The notes under the pieces are model-generated. The model was not told the DNA's origin. It worked only from the letters and a program-made list of their open reading frames with translations, and searched no databases. A program made the translations under genes and the position numbers. This document shows, in pieces, positions 23,575-35,310 of a DNA stretch of 64,000 nucleotides. This DNA comes from Macrostomum lignano (taxonomy: Eukaryota), in NCBI GenBank assembly GCA_002269645.1, contig NIVC01003352.1, positions 6,134 to 70,133 on the forward strand. Direction: 5' to 3'. Numbering within the stretch: the stretch's first letter is position 1; every line of letters starts with the position of its first letter.

Positions 23575-26410
23575 AAAATGGCGTGTCACTAAAGGACCAA
23601 GATTAAGGGAAATGGCGTCCCACTAAAGGACCAAGATTAGGGAAATGGCGTCCCAACTACTAAAGGACCAAGATTAAGGGAAATGGCGTCCCACCAATGA
23701 ACCAAGATTAAGGGAAATGGCGTCCCACCAATGGACCAAGATTAAGGGAAATGGCGTTCCACCAATGGACCAAGATTAAGGGAAATGGCGTTCCACCCAC
23801 TAAAGAACCAAGATTAAGGGAAATGGCGTCCCACTAAAGAACCAAGATTAAGGGAAATGGCGTCCCACCAATGGACCAAGATTAAGGGAAATGGCGTTCC
23901 ACCCACTAAAGAACCAAGATTAAGGGAAATGGCGTCCCACCAATGAACCAAGATTAAGGGAAATGGCGTCCCACTAAAGAACCAAGATTAAGGGAAATGG
24001 CGTCCCACCAATGGACCAAGATTAAGGAAAATGGCGTTCCACCCACTAAAGAACCAAGATTAAGGGAAATGGCGTCCCACTAAAGAACCAAGATTAAGGG
24101 AAATGGCGTCCCACCAATGGACCAAGATTAAGGGAAATGGCGTTCCACCCACTAAAGAACCAAGATTAAGGGAAATGGCGTCCCACTAAAGAACCAAGAT
24201 TAAGGGAAATGGCGTCCCACCAAAGGACCAAGATTAGGGAAATGGCGTTCCACCAAAGGACCAAGATTAGGGAAATGGCGTCCCACTAAAGAACCAAGAT
24301 TAAGGGAAATGGCGTCCCACCAAAGGACCAAGATTAGGGAAATGGCGTCCCACTAAAGGACCAAGATTAAGGGAAATGGCGTCGCACCGAAGGACCAAGA
24401 TTAGGGAAATGGCGTCCCACTAAAGGACCAAGATTAGGGAAAATGGCGTCCCACCAAAGGACCAAGATTAAGGGAAATGGCGTCCCACTAAAGGACCAAG
24501 ATTAGGGAAATGGCGTCCCACTAAAGGACCAAGATTAAGGGAAATGGCGTCCAACTAAAGGACCAAGATTAAGGGAAATGGCATCCCACCCACTAAAGGA
24601 CCAAGATTAAGGGAAATGGCATCCCACCCACTAAAGGACCAAGATTAAGGGAAATGGCATCCCACCCACTAAAGGACCAAGATTAAGGGAAATGGCGTCC
24701 CACTAAAGGACCAAGATTAAGGGAAATGGCGTCCCACCAAAGGACCAAGATTAAGGGAAATGGCGTCCCACCAAAGGACCAAGATTAGGGAAATGGCGTC
24801 CCACCAAAGGACCAAGATTAGGGAAATGGCGTCCCACCAAAGGACCAAGATTAGGGAAATGGCGTCCCACCAAAGGACCAAGATTAGGGAAATGGCTTCC
24901 CACCAAAGGACCAAGATTAAGGGAAATGGCGTCCCACCAATGGACCAAGATTAAGGGAAATGGCGTCCCACCAAAGGACCAAGATTAGGGAAATGGCGTC
25001 CCACCAAAGGACCAAGATTAGGGAAATGGCGTCCCACCAATGAACCAAGATTAAGGGAAATGGCGTCCCACCAATGGACCAAGATTAAGGGAAATGGCGT
25101 TCCACCAATGGACCAAGATTAAGGGAAATGGCGTTCCACCCACTAAAGAACCAAGATTAAGGGAAATGGCGTCCCACTAAAGAACCAAGATTAAGGGAAA
25201 TGGCGTCCCACCAATGGACCAAGATTAAGGGAAATGGCGTTCCACCCACTAAAGAACCAAGATTAAGGGAAATGGCGTCCCACCAATGAACCAAGATTAA
25301 GGGAAATGGCGTCCCACTAAAGAACCAAGATTAAGGGAAATGGCGTCCCACCAATGGACCAAGATTAAGGAAAATGGCGTTCCACCCACTAAAGAACCAA
25401 GATTAAGGGAAATGGCGTCCCACTAAAGAACCAAGATTAAGGGAAATGGCGTCCCACCAATGGACCAAGATTAAGGGAAATGGCGTTCCACCCACTAAAG
25501 AACCAAGATTAAGGGAAATGGCGTCCCACTAAAGAACCAAGATTAAGGGAAATGGCGTCCCACCAAAGGACCAAGATTAGGGAAATGGCGTTCCACCAAA
25601 GGACCAAGATTAGGGAAATGGCGTCCCACTAAAGAACCAAGATTAAGGGAAATGGCGTCCCACCAAAGGACCAAGATTAGGGAAATGGCGTCCCACTAAA
25701 GGACCAAGATTAAGGGAAATGGCGTCGCACCGAAGGACCAAGATTAGGGAAATGGCGTCCCACTAAAGGACCAAGATTAGGGAAAATGGCGTCCCACCAA
25801 AGGACCAAGATTAAGGGAAATGGCGTCCCACTAAAGGACCAAGATTAGGGAAATGGCGTCCCACTAAAGGACCAAGATTAAGGGAAATGGCGTCCAACTA
25901 AAGGACCAAGATTAAGGGAAATGGCATCCCACCCACTAAAGGACCAAGATTAAGGGAAATGGCATCCCACCCACTAAAGGACCAAGATTAAGGGAAATGG
26001 CATCCCACCCACTAAAGGACCAAGATTAAGGGAAATGGCGTCCCACTAAAGGACCAAGATTAAGGGAAATGGCGTCCCACCAAAGAACCAAGATTAAGGG
26101 AAATGGCGTCCCACCAAAGGACCAAGATTAGGGAAATGGCGTCCCACCAAAGGACCAAGATTAGGGAAATGGCGTCCCACCAAAGGACCAAGATTAGGGA
26201 AATGGCGTCCCACCAAAGGACCAAGATTAGGGAAATGGCTTCCCACCAAAGGACCAAGATTAGGGAAATGGCGTCCCACCAAAGGACCAAGATTAGGGAA
26301 ATGGCGTCCCACCAAAGGACCAAGATTAGGGAAATGGCTTCCCACCAAAGGACCAAGATTAGGGAAATGGCGTCCCACCAAAGGACCAAGATTAGGGAAA
26401 TGGCGTTCCA
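23575..26410. repeat. 33/34-bp minisatellite with a ~1343-bp higher-order duplication
   Basis: GGGAAATGGCGTCCCAC(C/T)AAAGGACCAAGATTA(A); rare variants recur at an offset of 1343. Confidence 0.95.
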
Positions 26411-27104
26411 CCCAATGAAATAGTTGCCCGCAGCCGAATTTCATAGATAACAATGCAACAAACGCGCTAATATTTGGTAGCTAAGCGAAACACCGATGCA
26501 ACAAAAACCAGAAATAATAAGCAACTAATTGCGAATGATTGCAAAATTTAATGATCACTTTTTGTTGGCAGCTCCAAACAGGGGGTTGCAATGATTGAAC
26601 AATAGAAAATATTACCCTGCCTTACAATCTGTTAGACCTGTGAATGCCAACCGAAATAACCCAGAGAATTTGTGACGGTAAGCGGGTGCCATCAGCTGAT
26701 CCTCCCTTTCTCCTCTCTCTCTCGCTGCTCTATTTTTTGACTAATCGCTAGCGGGGTCTCAAGTGGTTTTGTTTAATCCACTTAAAAAAGCAACGCCGGC
26801 ACGACAGCAGCCCAGAGCAAAAAATGAAGCAAAGTAAAATTTTCTGACTTTTTCACTTTAAGTTTTAATATGCATGGGCTGGTCTAAACATCGCTTTTTA
26901 GAATCATTTTTAAAAATAAACGAGTCGCAAATACACTTCTATATATACTACTAGTGAGTAGTGAATGATGTAGCGCATCGCTTATAAATGCAAGTAGGTT
27001 TAGGAGCAGAGAAGTCCCAGGCAAAGGAGGTGGCGGATGTCAAATGAAGCAATGAGGTGTCAGACAGTAGACATTCAAGTGTCCGACAAAAGTGACACTT
27101 TTAA

Positions 27105-27751
27105 GTGTCAAACAAAAGAGAGACAGTGAAGTGGCAGACCTAAGAGAGACAGTCAAGTGGCAGACCTAAGAGAGACAGTCAAGTGTCAAACAAAAGAGAG
27201 ACAGTTAAGAGGCAGACCTAAGAGAGACAGTCAAGTGTCAGACCTAAGAGAGACAGTCAAGTGTCAGACATAAGAGAGACAGCCAAGTGGCAGACCTAAG
27301 AGAGACAGTCAAGTGTCAGACATAAGAGAGACAGTCAAGTGTCAGACATAAGAGAGACTGTCAGGTGGCAAACCTAAGAAAGACAGTCAAGTGTCAAACA
27401 AAAGAGAGACAGTCAAGTGGCAGACCTAAGAGAGACAGTCAAGTGTCAGACATAAGAGAGACAGTCAAGTGTCAGACCTAAGAGAGACAGTCAAGTGTCA
27501 AACAAAAGAGAGACAGTTAAGAGGCAGACCTAAGAGAGACAGTCAAGTGTCAGACATAAGAGAGACAGTCAAGTGTCAGACATAAGAGAGACTGTCAGGT
27601 GGCAAACCTAAGAAAGACAGTCAAGTGTCAAACAAAAGAGAGACAGTCAAGTGGCAGACCTAAGAGAGACAGTCAAGTGTCAGACATAAGAGAGACAGTC
27701 AAGTGTCAGACATAAGAGAGACAGTCAAGTGTCAGACCTAAGAGAGACAGT
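27105..27751. repeat. 26-bp minisatellite GAC(C/A)TAAGAGAGACAGTCAAGTGTCA
   Basis: Direct inspection. Confidence 0.93.
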
Positions 27752-28214
27752 CTTTGTTTACAAAAGTTTTTTGTTTTAATCTTGTCTATCACTTACAAAT
27801 CGATGTGGCATCGATGTCGCCTCAGCGATGTGACATTGGCGCTGGAAAATTGTGGCAGTAATACAACGAAGATCGAGTAGAGTCCCAAATTTCTATGAGA
27901 AAATGACTGTAAATTATGTCAGCTAGATTCCATATCTGTAAAGTTCTGTGCCACATTGATCCCACTATGGCTGTAGTGCGAGATTATAATTAAAATTCTT
28001 AATTAACTTTTGTAGAACCGAATGCTTCAAGCAAATTTTTATTAGAGCTAAGCTCTGTAATTAGACCTAAGCGATTGTATTTATATTCAGCATTGAAAAG
28101 TAATATGGCAATTAGTAGTATGACTAAAATAATTTATTAGGAAATTTTTTTGGCGAAATTGAAAAGAAAATAAGAGAAAATACGCTCGTAGCTCTAGTTA
28201 TGTGCCACATGTCT

Positions 28215-28640
28215 CACCTATTAGACAGATGCATCACCTGTTAGACAGATGGGACGTCGCTTGTTAGACAGATGCATCACCTGTTAGACAGATGGGACGT
28301 CGCTTGTTAGACAGGTGTGCTACCTGCTAGACAGATGTGACATCGCTTGTTAGACAGATGCATCACCTGTTAGACAGATGTGACGTCGCTTGTTAGACAG
28401 GTGTGTCACCTTTTATCCAGGTGTGTCACCTTTTATACAGGTGTGACGTCGCTTGTTAAACAGGTGTGACGTCGCTTGTTAAACAGGTGTGACGTCGCTT
28501 GTTAAACAGGTGTGTGAACTGTTTAGACAGGTGTGTCAACTGTTAGACAGGTGTGTGAACTGTTAGAGAGGTGTGTCACTGTTAGACAGGTGTGTCACTG
28601 TTAGACAGGTGTGTCAACTCTTAGACAGGTGTGTCAACTG
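28215..28640. repeat. Heterogeneous short tandem repeat with core GTTAGACAG(A/G)TG
   Basis: Variable-length units (~18-23 bp) around TGTTAGACAGGTGTG. Confidence 0.85.
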
Positions 28641-29444
28641 TAAAATAGGGGGGCAATCATAAAAGTAAATCTTATAAATACAGTAAAAATTGCCTTAAAC
28701 GAAGCATAGAGTTAGTCTAATTAGATCCAGGCAGAATTCATCTTTAAATAATTTAAAAATCAAGGGTGCAATGAGTTCGGTTCGATACAGATTATTACGA
28801 GCTATTTTATTGAAATTAAAAGTAATTTTTAAACGGAAGTCTACCAACCAGCCACATGACTTGCGCGTCACTTTTGCCTATCCACCTAATTCGAAATCGG
28901 AAGAGTTTTCCTGATGAATCACGTTTTCATTGCTCGAGGTTCATCCTCTTAAGGCAGTAAACAGTTCGTTCGCATTCGATAAGCTCGTACAAGTAAATCC
29001 TGGAAAAGTTAATTTTCAGTCTTTGCAGCGACGAATTTCACATTTCCGGCCCCAATGGCTATCGCGAGGGCATCGATTACTGGTGTATTTACCCGCGTGT
29101 CCAGACTGTACATGTGGATGCATGTATGAGGCTGTTAGTCATGCCTAATAAACACAGATGTCGAAGCATTACAATACAAACCCAATAGCTAATTTGGGTA
29201 GGCATTAAAGCCTATAATTATAAATCACTTTTAAAATGGGTACGCGGAGCTCATGGACAACCAGCGTATGGAGTTCTTAATTTTGAATCTTGGAATAGAA
29301 AACTCGTGTCGTTAAGCATGGATTTCTAGTTGTAGATGTACGTGTAGCTATATGCACCTGTAGATTTCGGAACGGTTGCTTGGGTTTTCAGAAATACATT
29401 AAGAACCAATAGAGTAACTGTTTAATAGACGCCCGTGTTAGTAT

Positions 29445-29490
29445 CAAGGACTTCTAGACTAACTAGTCTAGTTTAGTCTAGAAGTCCTTG
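29445..29490. mobile_element. 46-bp palindromic MITE with 8-bp TSD (hAT/P-type)
   Basis: Perfect 18-bp arms CAAGGACTTCTAGACTAA / TTAGTCTAGAAGTCCTTG; flanked by GTTAGTAT at 29437-29444 and 29491-29498. Confidence 0.75.
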
Positions 29491-29861
29491 GTTAGTATCT
29501 GTATGAATTTTACCAGCATAAAAGTCTGGAAAGGAAAGCGTATATACTGCACCGAATTTCCTTGTAGCTACAGAAATTTAAGCCTGGTCATTTGCTGAAA
29601 GCATTCCAATAAAAGCTACATAGCCTATATCAAGAGAGGACTGAGAGATATACAAGGCTGTGCAGAGCCAGCTGACACATTTAATCAGTTTTATCAGATC
29701 CAATAGTTTTATAAACTTGGCACCATCGCTAATTTATAGACTGTATAGTTAGCAGCTTTCAACCTGCGCCAGGTCTTTCAGGTGAATTTCTGAATTTCCT
29801 ATATATTTCGCATTTATCGCAACAGGTTTTCAGTGGACGAATACAACTAAGAGCAACAGGT

Positions 29862-31824
29862 ATGAGCTTTCTGCAACGATGCATCTGGCCTCAGGGAAGG
29901 TAAGTAAAAATGATTACTCGTTTGAAAAATTAAAATCGTAGCTTTTGCACAGAATTTTCAATATAATAAAACCCATTTTGCCCCTCTTTCAGCGACGAGA
30001 ATTTGCACCTGACAGACAGACAAGACGCCGAGACCCGCTACAGCAGCTGGCTGGTGATGTCGCCCATTGAGTTCCCCGGTCGAGAACCCGGGACTGTGAC
30101 TTTTTCAAGGCGGGTGAGTAACGTCGCTGTAGAGCATTCAAAATTACAGTGGTAGATTTTTTTCATCATGACCGGCTTTTGCTGTGAAACGCATTTTAAC
30201 ATAGCTACAAGTAGTTGTATCCTCTGAAAGACCCCGTGGAAGTAGTTGTGTCCTCTGAAAGACCTTGTGGGAGTAGTTGTGGCCTCTGAAAGACCCCCGT
30301 GGAAGTATTTATGTCCTCTGAAAGACCCCGCGAAAGTAGTAGTGGCCTCTGAAAGACCCCGTAGAAGTAGTTGTGTCCTCTGAAAGACCCCGTGGAAGTA
30401 GTTGTGTCCTCTGAAAAACAACGTGGAATAAGTTGTGGCTTCTGAAAGACCCTGTGGAAGTAGTTGTGTCCTGAAGGCTCTGGACGAAGTGGCGTCCAAA
30501 GGACTCAAATATCTTTTCAGGCACTTTTTTCTGATGCATCATCTAATTGTTGCACCTTCTCCGCGACACAGCACTGGAAGCGACAGTTCTTTGAGCTATC
30601 GCTGGTCCGCGGCCAGACCACCCAGGACACCAACCGGTTCCATCTGATCTGCTATTCCAAAAACGATCGCAACAAGCGACCGAAAGGCTGCATCGATTTG
30701 AACACTGTGACGGACCTGCGCAAGATGTCCGTGCCACCGGATGAACTGCTGGCGACGCTGAGCAGGAAGCATCTCTGCGAGGATTGCCAGTTGATGGATG
30801 CCGACCCTAGGCGTCGAGTTCTCATCTGCGATCAGCTGCCGTTCTTCAGCTTCGAGGCGATGTTCGGCGAGCACCGCGGTCGGGTCTACTTGTTGGCTGA
30901 GGATGCCAGGCAGATGCTGGATTGGGTGAGGCTGCTCTGCTCAGTTTTTTGTGCATTTATTCTTGCGTCTTTTTGAGAAGATTCTCAAACCAAAGAGCAC
31001 CTTCTCAAGAAGGTGCTTAGAAAAATATGCTCTTTGGTTTGTATCTTTCTGCAGATTTCACAGTTTACATCACCAAGCGTTCAACCGACGCTTTCCAGGT
31101 GCGCCAATTAAGCTCCGCTTGCGGCATGCCAGACGCTCAAAACGCACAACCCCTAGGGATGCCACATGCCATTCCATCACCGGTACCGCCTGTAGCTCCG
31201 CTTCTGCCAATTCCTCGACCTTGGGGCGGTGAAGTCAACGCCAACACTAACCGGCGTCGCTCTGGCAGTCCAGATGGCCGCCACCAGCCTGTTGTTGACT
31301 CGGCTGTCGACTTTGAAATCTACAACAGTTCGGCTTTAGCTGATTTAGCTGACGAGACCTACGGAGTTGTTGGGGGAAATCAATCAGCTGACGAGACCTA
31401 CGGAGTTGTTGGGGGAAATCAATCAGCTGACGAGACCTACGGCAATCTGCTGAGCTCAAGCCGCGATGACACCTATGGAGAACTGCTGAACACAACCGGA
31501 GATGACACCTACGGAGATTTTCGAAACGCTGGCAGTCAAGAGGACGACGGCCTCTACGGGCGTATTGATGCTGCCAGTCTAAAAAAGAAAATGATGACGA
31601 CAACTGCGCCCGGGGCGGCGGTAGCCAGGGAGAGCGTCGATAGCGGCGCATTCGACGCGCCGCCGAGCATCGCGCCGCGCCAGTTCCGGCCGCAGAATAG
31701 CGGCAAAGGCGTAGTCAGGCAGTCGTCTACAGACTACGAAAACCTCAACCAGCTTAGTGCGTTGGTTCGCACCGCTAATGCACCAGATAATGTGTACGGC
31801 AACGTGTCGGACATGCAAAAGTGA
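29862..31824 (+). CDS. GAB/Dos-like PH-domain adaptor with multiple tyrosine motifs (~412 aa), 4 exons
   Basis: join(29862..29899,29993..30113,30572..30925,31099..31824); phases 2/0/0 are consistent. PH domain RYSSWLVMSP..HWKRQFFEL..KGCIDLNTV..VYLLAEDARQMLDW|VRQLSSACGM parallels GAB 'WVRCICDICGF'; Pro-rich PSPVPPVAPLLPIPRP; YGNL, YENL and YGNV (YxN) motifs. Confidence 0.8.
30218..30472. repeat. ~31-bp minisatellite in adaptor intron 2
   Basis: GTGGAAGTAGTTGTG(T/G)CCTCTGAAAGACCCC. Confidence 0.9.
31347..31442 (+). repeat. Coding 39-bp tandem repeat (ADETYGVVGGNQS x2 plus a partial third unit)
   Basis: AGCTGACGAGACCTACGGAGTTGTTGGGGGAAATCAATC at 31347 and 31386, partial at 31425. Confidence 0.92.
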
Positions 31825-32874
31825 CCTTCTGCCGCAGTTTGCTCACTTGCAAAAACACTCTGTGGATTGTCAATTTTCCTCCTGTGGTTTCTTCTCATCG
31901 AACATCTATACGTAATGAATGGCTTCAATCAATTCAATACGCCCAGTGAATTTTTGTATTGCACACGTGAATTTCGGCGACTGTTAACAGAACACAAAAA
32001 TAAGCTTAATTAACGTAGGATAGCATGCAGGGTTTAGACAGAATTATCTTTAATCTTTAATCCATAAAATCACATGACGAAATTTTTCCTTAGTTATTTG
32101 ATGGCTGTGTGAATGAGCCTTCCCTTTGAGAATTCATTTGATATATATGATCCGGTGTGTCAATTATGACTTCATTAACGAAGACTCTAAATTTTAGTTT
32201 AATTTGCGAGCGTACTACTATAGTACGAGCGAATATCCGAGTTTTAGGGATTTTTAGCCTTTTATAAAGGTGAAAATCATTTGAATTTAGGATAGGCTTC
32301 CCTTCCAAGCAAAAAGCTTCCATTTTGTCATTGTATTTTTGCTAAGCTAGACTTTTAACTATATGATAAAATTAAATTTAAAAAGTCGAAAACTTTTTTA
32401 AGAAATTAACTGTTGTAAATTTTTCAGTGCCTTTCTGGCTGTAATTTTAACTACTTAAATAATTACACTATGTATTGAAAATCTATATTAAGCACTAATT
32501 TTGTACATATTTCTCTGCAAATTTCTATACAAAACTAATAAAAATTAAACGAAACTGGCTAAGATATTTCTCCCTCTCTGTAGTTACGTCTCAACAGTTT
32601 AAACAGTTAAGCCAAATCCAAGGACGATTTTAATTCATAATTTAGCAGTCATTGTAATTCATACTTTTTAAATAAATTTGATAGAAATCCTCAAATAATA
32701 GAGATGAATTATTAACCATTGTTAATGATGTTACTAAAATTATTTAAGAAGTTATTAGTTATAAGTTATTTAAACGAGCGTAAGTTACTAAATAATTAAA
32801 ATAAAACGATATAATTGTACTAATGTGGCAAGTCATGTTTGAGCCATGGATCGTGCTCTGTGTGTCAGATGACA

Positions 32875-33260
32875 TCGAGGCTGCAATTTTATGCCGAGAC
32901 GCTGATGGACAGGTGACGGAGCTTCCGCGTTGTCAGCAGTTCGTCTACCTCGGCCAAGCGACCTGTTGCGCTGTCGGCGACTTCAGTTGGCAGGCCACAT
33001 CATCCACGCAGAGTCGTACTGCCCACAGCCGGTGCAGGAGGTGCTTCTGCTGCCGGAGTCCAACAGGCGCAGACCGGCTGTGGCGCGCAGCGCTACGCAG
33101 GTGACGGCGCGTTGCGGCTCCGGCAGCTGCAGGCACCCTACCGGCGGGGGCAGGCCCGCACTCGGCGTTTCGTCGACTGCCTGCTGGCTGACGCCGGCGC
33201 CCCGGATTCGGTCGGCGGCATGGCTTTCGTTCGCGACCTGGCCCTGAGGCGCGCCCTGTG
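32875..33260 (+). mobile_element. Internally deleted RTE-like LINE remnant
   Basis: Fragments 'CQQFVYLG' (RT end) and 'RPSDLLRCRRLQLAGHII' followed by 'RRFVDCLLADAG' are typical of RTE ORF C-termini; frameshifted. Confidence 0.65.
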
Positions 33261-33394
33261 ACGTTGACCGCGTATTTTGTTGTTGTTGTGTCGCTGCAAA
33301 TAATATAATGAGTTTCCTAGGTACTTGGCACCACCATTGTGCATCCCAAGGCTACAACAAGAACTAATATCCAGTCCAGAAATTTTCATTATTA

Positions 33395-34490
33395 TTAAAC
33401 AGACACTGGCACAGGGGGGTCAGCAAAGCACCTGTTGGTGGAAAACAGCTGAGTCCAGCGTAGCTGCAGACTGAGGGGTCAGGCACAGAGCCTGCAAGTC
33501 AGAGAGCAAAGTGTCAGCCAGAGTGGTGCAGCGGGCCTGGCCGCGCGGCAGAGTCTCCCACAGGGCCGGCTGAGCAGCTGGTCGGCCAGCGGGGGCCCGG
33601 CGTTCCGTGCATGGGCACGCACACAGTGGCCGATCAACATCTGGCGTCGCCTCTGCAGAGTGCGGCCAAAGGGCGGCACGCTGGTCCGGCCCGCCAGCTC
33701 GGCGTTGCTCAGGCACTTCCAGGGCGTTGTGCACGAGATGGCGATGGCAGGCCTCCAAGCTCGTCTCACAAGTGGCCGTCATGGAAACAGCCTCCAGCCC
33801 GTAGGTCAACTGCCCAGCGGAATAGGGCGACCTTCAGGCTGTCGGTGGCGAGCCGGCAATTGAAGATAGAGCGGAAAAATTGGGAGGCCCGCCAAGCCTG
33901 CTGCTAACGGTTGTTGACAATGGCATCCGGGTCAGTGACCAGGACGCCCAAATACTTGAACTAGTTGCACTGGGCGATGGTGTTGCCGTCCGGTATGTTG
34001 TCCTCTGTCTTGCCGTAGTTGATTTGGAGCCACATGCGTCTCCCCTCATCAGTCAGCCGACTCACCGCCCTCTACGCAGCTTTGGGGCTGCAGCAGATCA
34101 GCGCCAGGTCGTTGGGTTAGGCGAGGCAGGTCAGCTTGACACAGGGAAAGCGGAAGCCGTCTTCATCCCGCAGAGCCAACCCCATGAGGTAGTCGATCAG
34201 GAAGACAAATAAAAATGGGGATAAGGTGTCCTCTTGCCGGACCCCCGGGTGGTGGCAAATTCAAATGTAGGGCCGTGGTCAGTCTGGACAACAGCCTTGG
34301 ACGAGCTGTAGAGGTCCATGATTGCCTGGACTAGCAGCTGAGGAACTCAATGGGTCTACGGCTGCCTCGTCTGCCAACTCATTGCCGACCAGGCTTACCG
34401 TGGGCTGAGACCCACTGCAACCGGACAGCTTCAGACGGCTTCGAAGTGCTGGGTCTGTGGGCGCTTCAGAGAACGACTGACTTAAAAAAG
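33395..34490 (-). mobile_element. Degenerate RTE-like LINE (RT domains 4-7 and C-terminus), many stops and frameshifts
   Basis: 'QINYGKTE..FKYLG', 'TYGLEAVSMTATCETSLEACHRHL', 'RRRQMLIGHCVRA', 'GQARCTTLADTLLSDL'. Confidence 0.75.
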
Positions 34491-35310
34491 AAATCAGTCA
34501 CGCGTTAGTAGAGAAAATATTGCAACAGCTTGAAATAATTTTTAGTGCGAAGCCAGTCGCAGGCGAGGGTGAGCGTCCGCCTTTCTTCGTCAAAGCTGCA
34601 TGTTAGGGAGGCCTTACGTGCAGCGATCGTCTCGATAATGGCAGGCTTAGCGGGATCTCCGCAGCAGAGTCACCCACGTCCCACGCAACGCGTCATCCAG
34701 ACGGACCTTTTGGCGTCGGGGTGGTTCAACCGATGGCGGACGCCACCGGGCTTCCCAAAATCGAACGCAAATCAATCAACGGGCATGGGCTAGAGATACA
34801 AATAACATGCACATGCACACGCACAGTAAAGCACTTCAGTCATCGGTCGACAGACAGGAGTTCCGCAAAATCCTAGCGTACCGGTAACAACGGAACGCGC
34901 ACAAAATTGACACGAAGAAATAGTTGATGATCAAAAGTGTTCACGTTTCTGCATGCTGCACCATCGAGAGTAGGGGTTGTTCAACAAACGGAGGAGATAT
35001 TCAAGTATTTTAAACCTGTCAAAAACTATAAACTACACTAATCACTATTCAAAGCTTAAACAAGTTTCCCTGTCTAAATTCCTTATAGTTGGCAAAACTA
35101 CGCATTAAGTGATATTATAAAGTGAATTACCAGCGCTCGTAAATGAAATCCGATGAAATTTCTATAGAAACAATCTGCCATAGACAAAACCTGTTCGATT
35201 CGGAATGATTAATCTATTAAATAAATCTTCAGCTCGAATTACTCGGGCTACGAGCTATGCAAGTTCTTATATTCGGTTGAAACAGACTAAATACTATATA
35301 GGACTAGAGA

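Noticed and set aside
9380-26410. Regular arrays as possible CRISPR loci
   Set aside because: Units abut directly with no unique spacers, there are no cas genes, and the context is eukaryotic.
30070-30113. tRNA B-box-like sequence (GTCGAGAACCCGGG)
   Set aside because: It falls inside in-frame exon 2 of the PH adaptor, and no cloverleaf forms.
31055-31120. Acceptor ttctgcAG at 31054 for adaptor exon 4
   Set aside because: Phase-0 reading hits TAA after 18 codons; the acceptor at 31098 gives the GAB-like W|VRQLSSACGM and an open frame.
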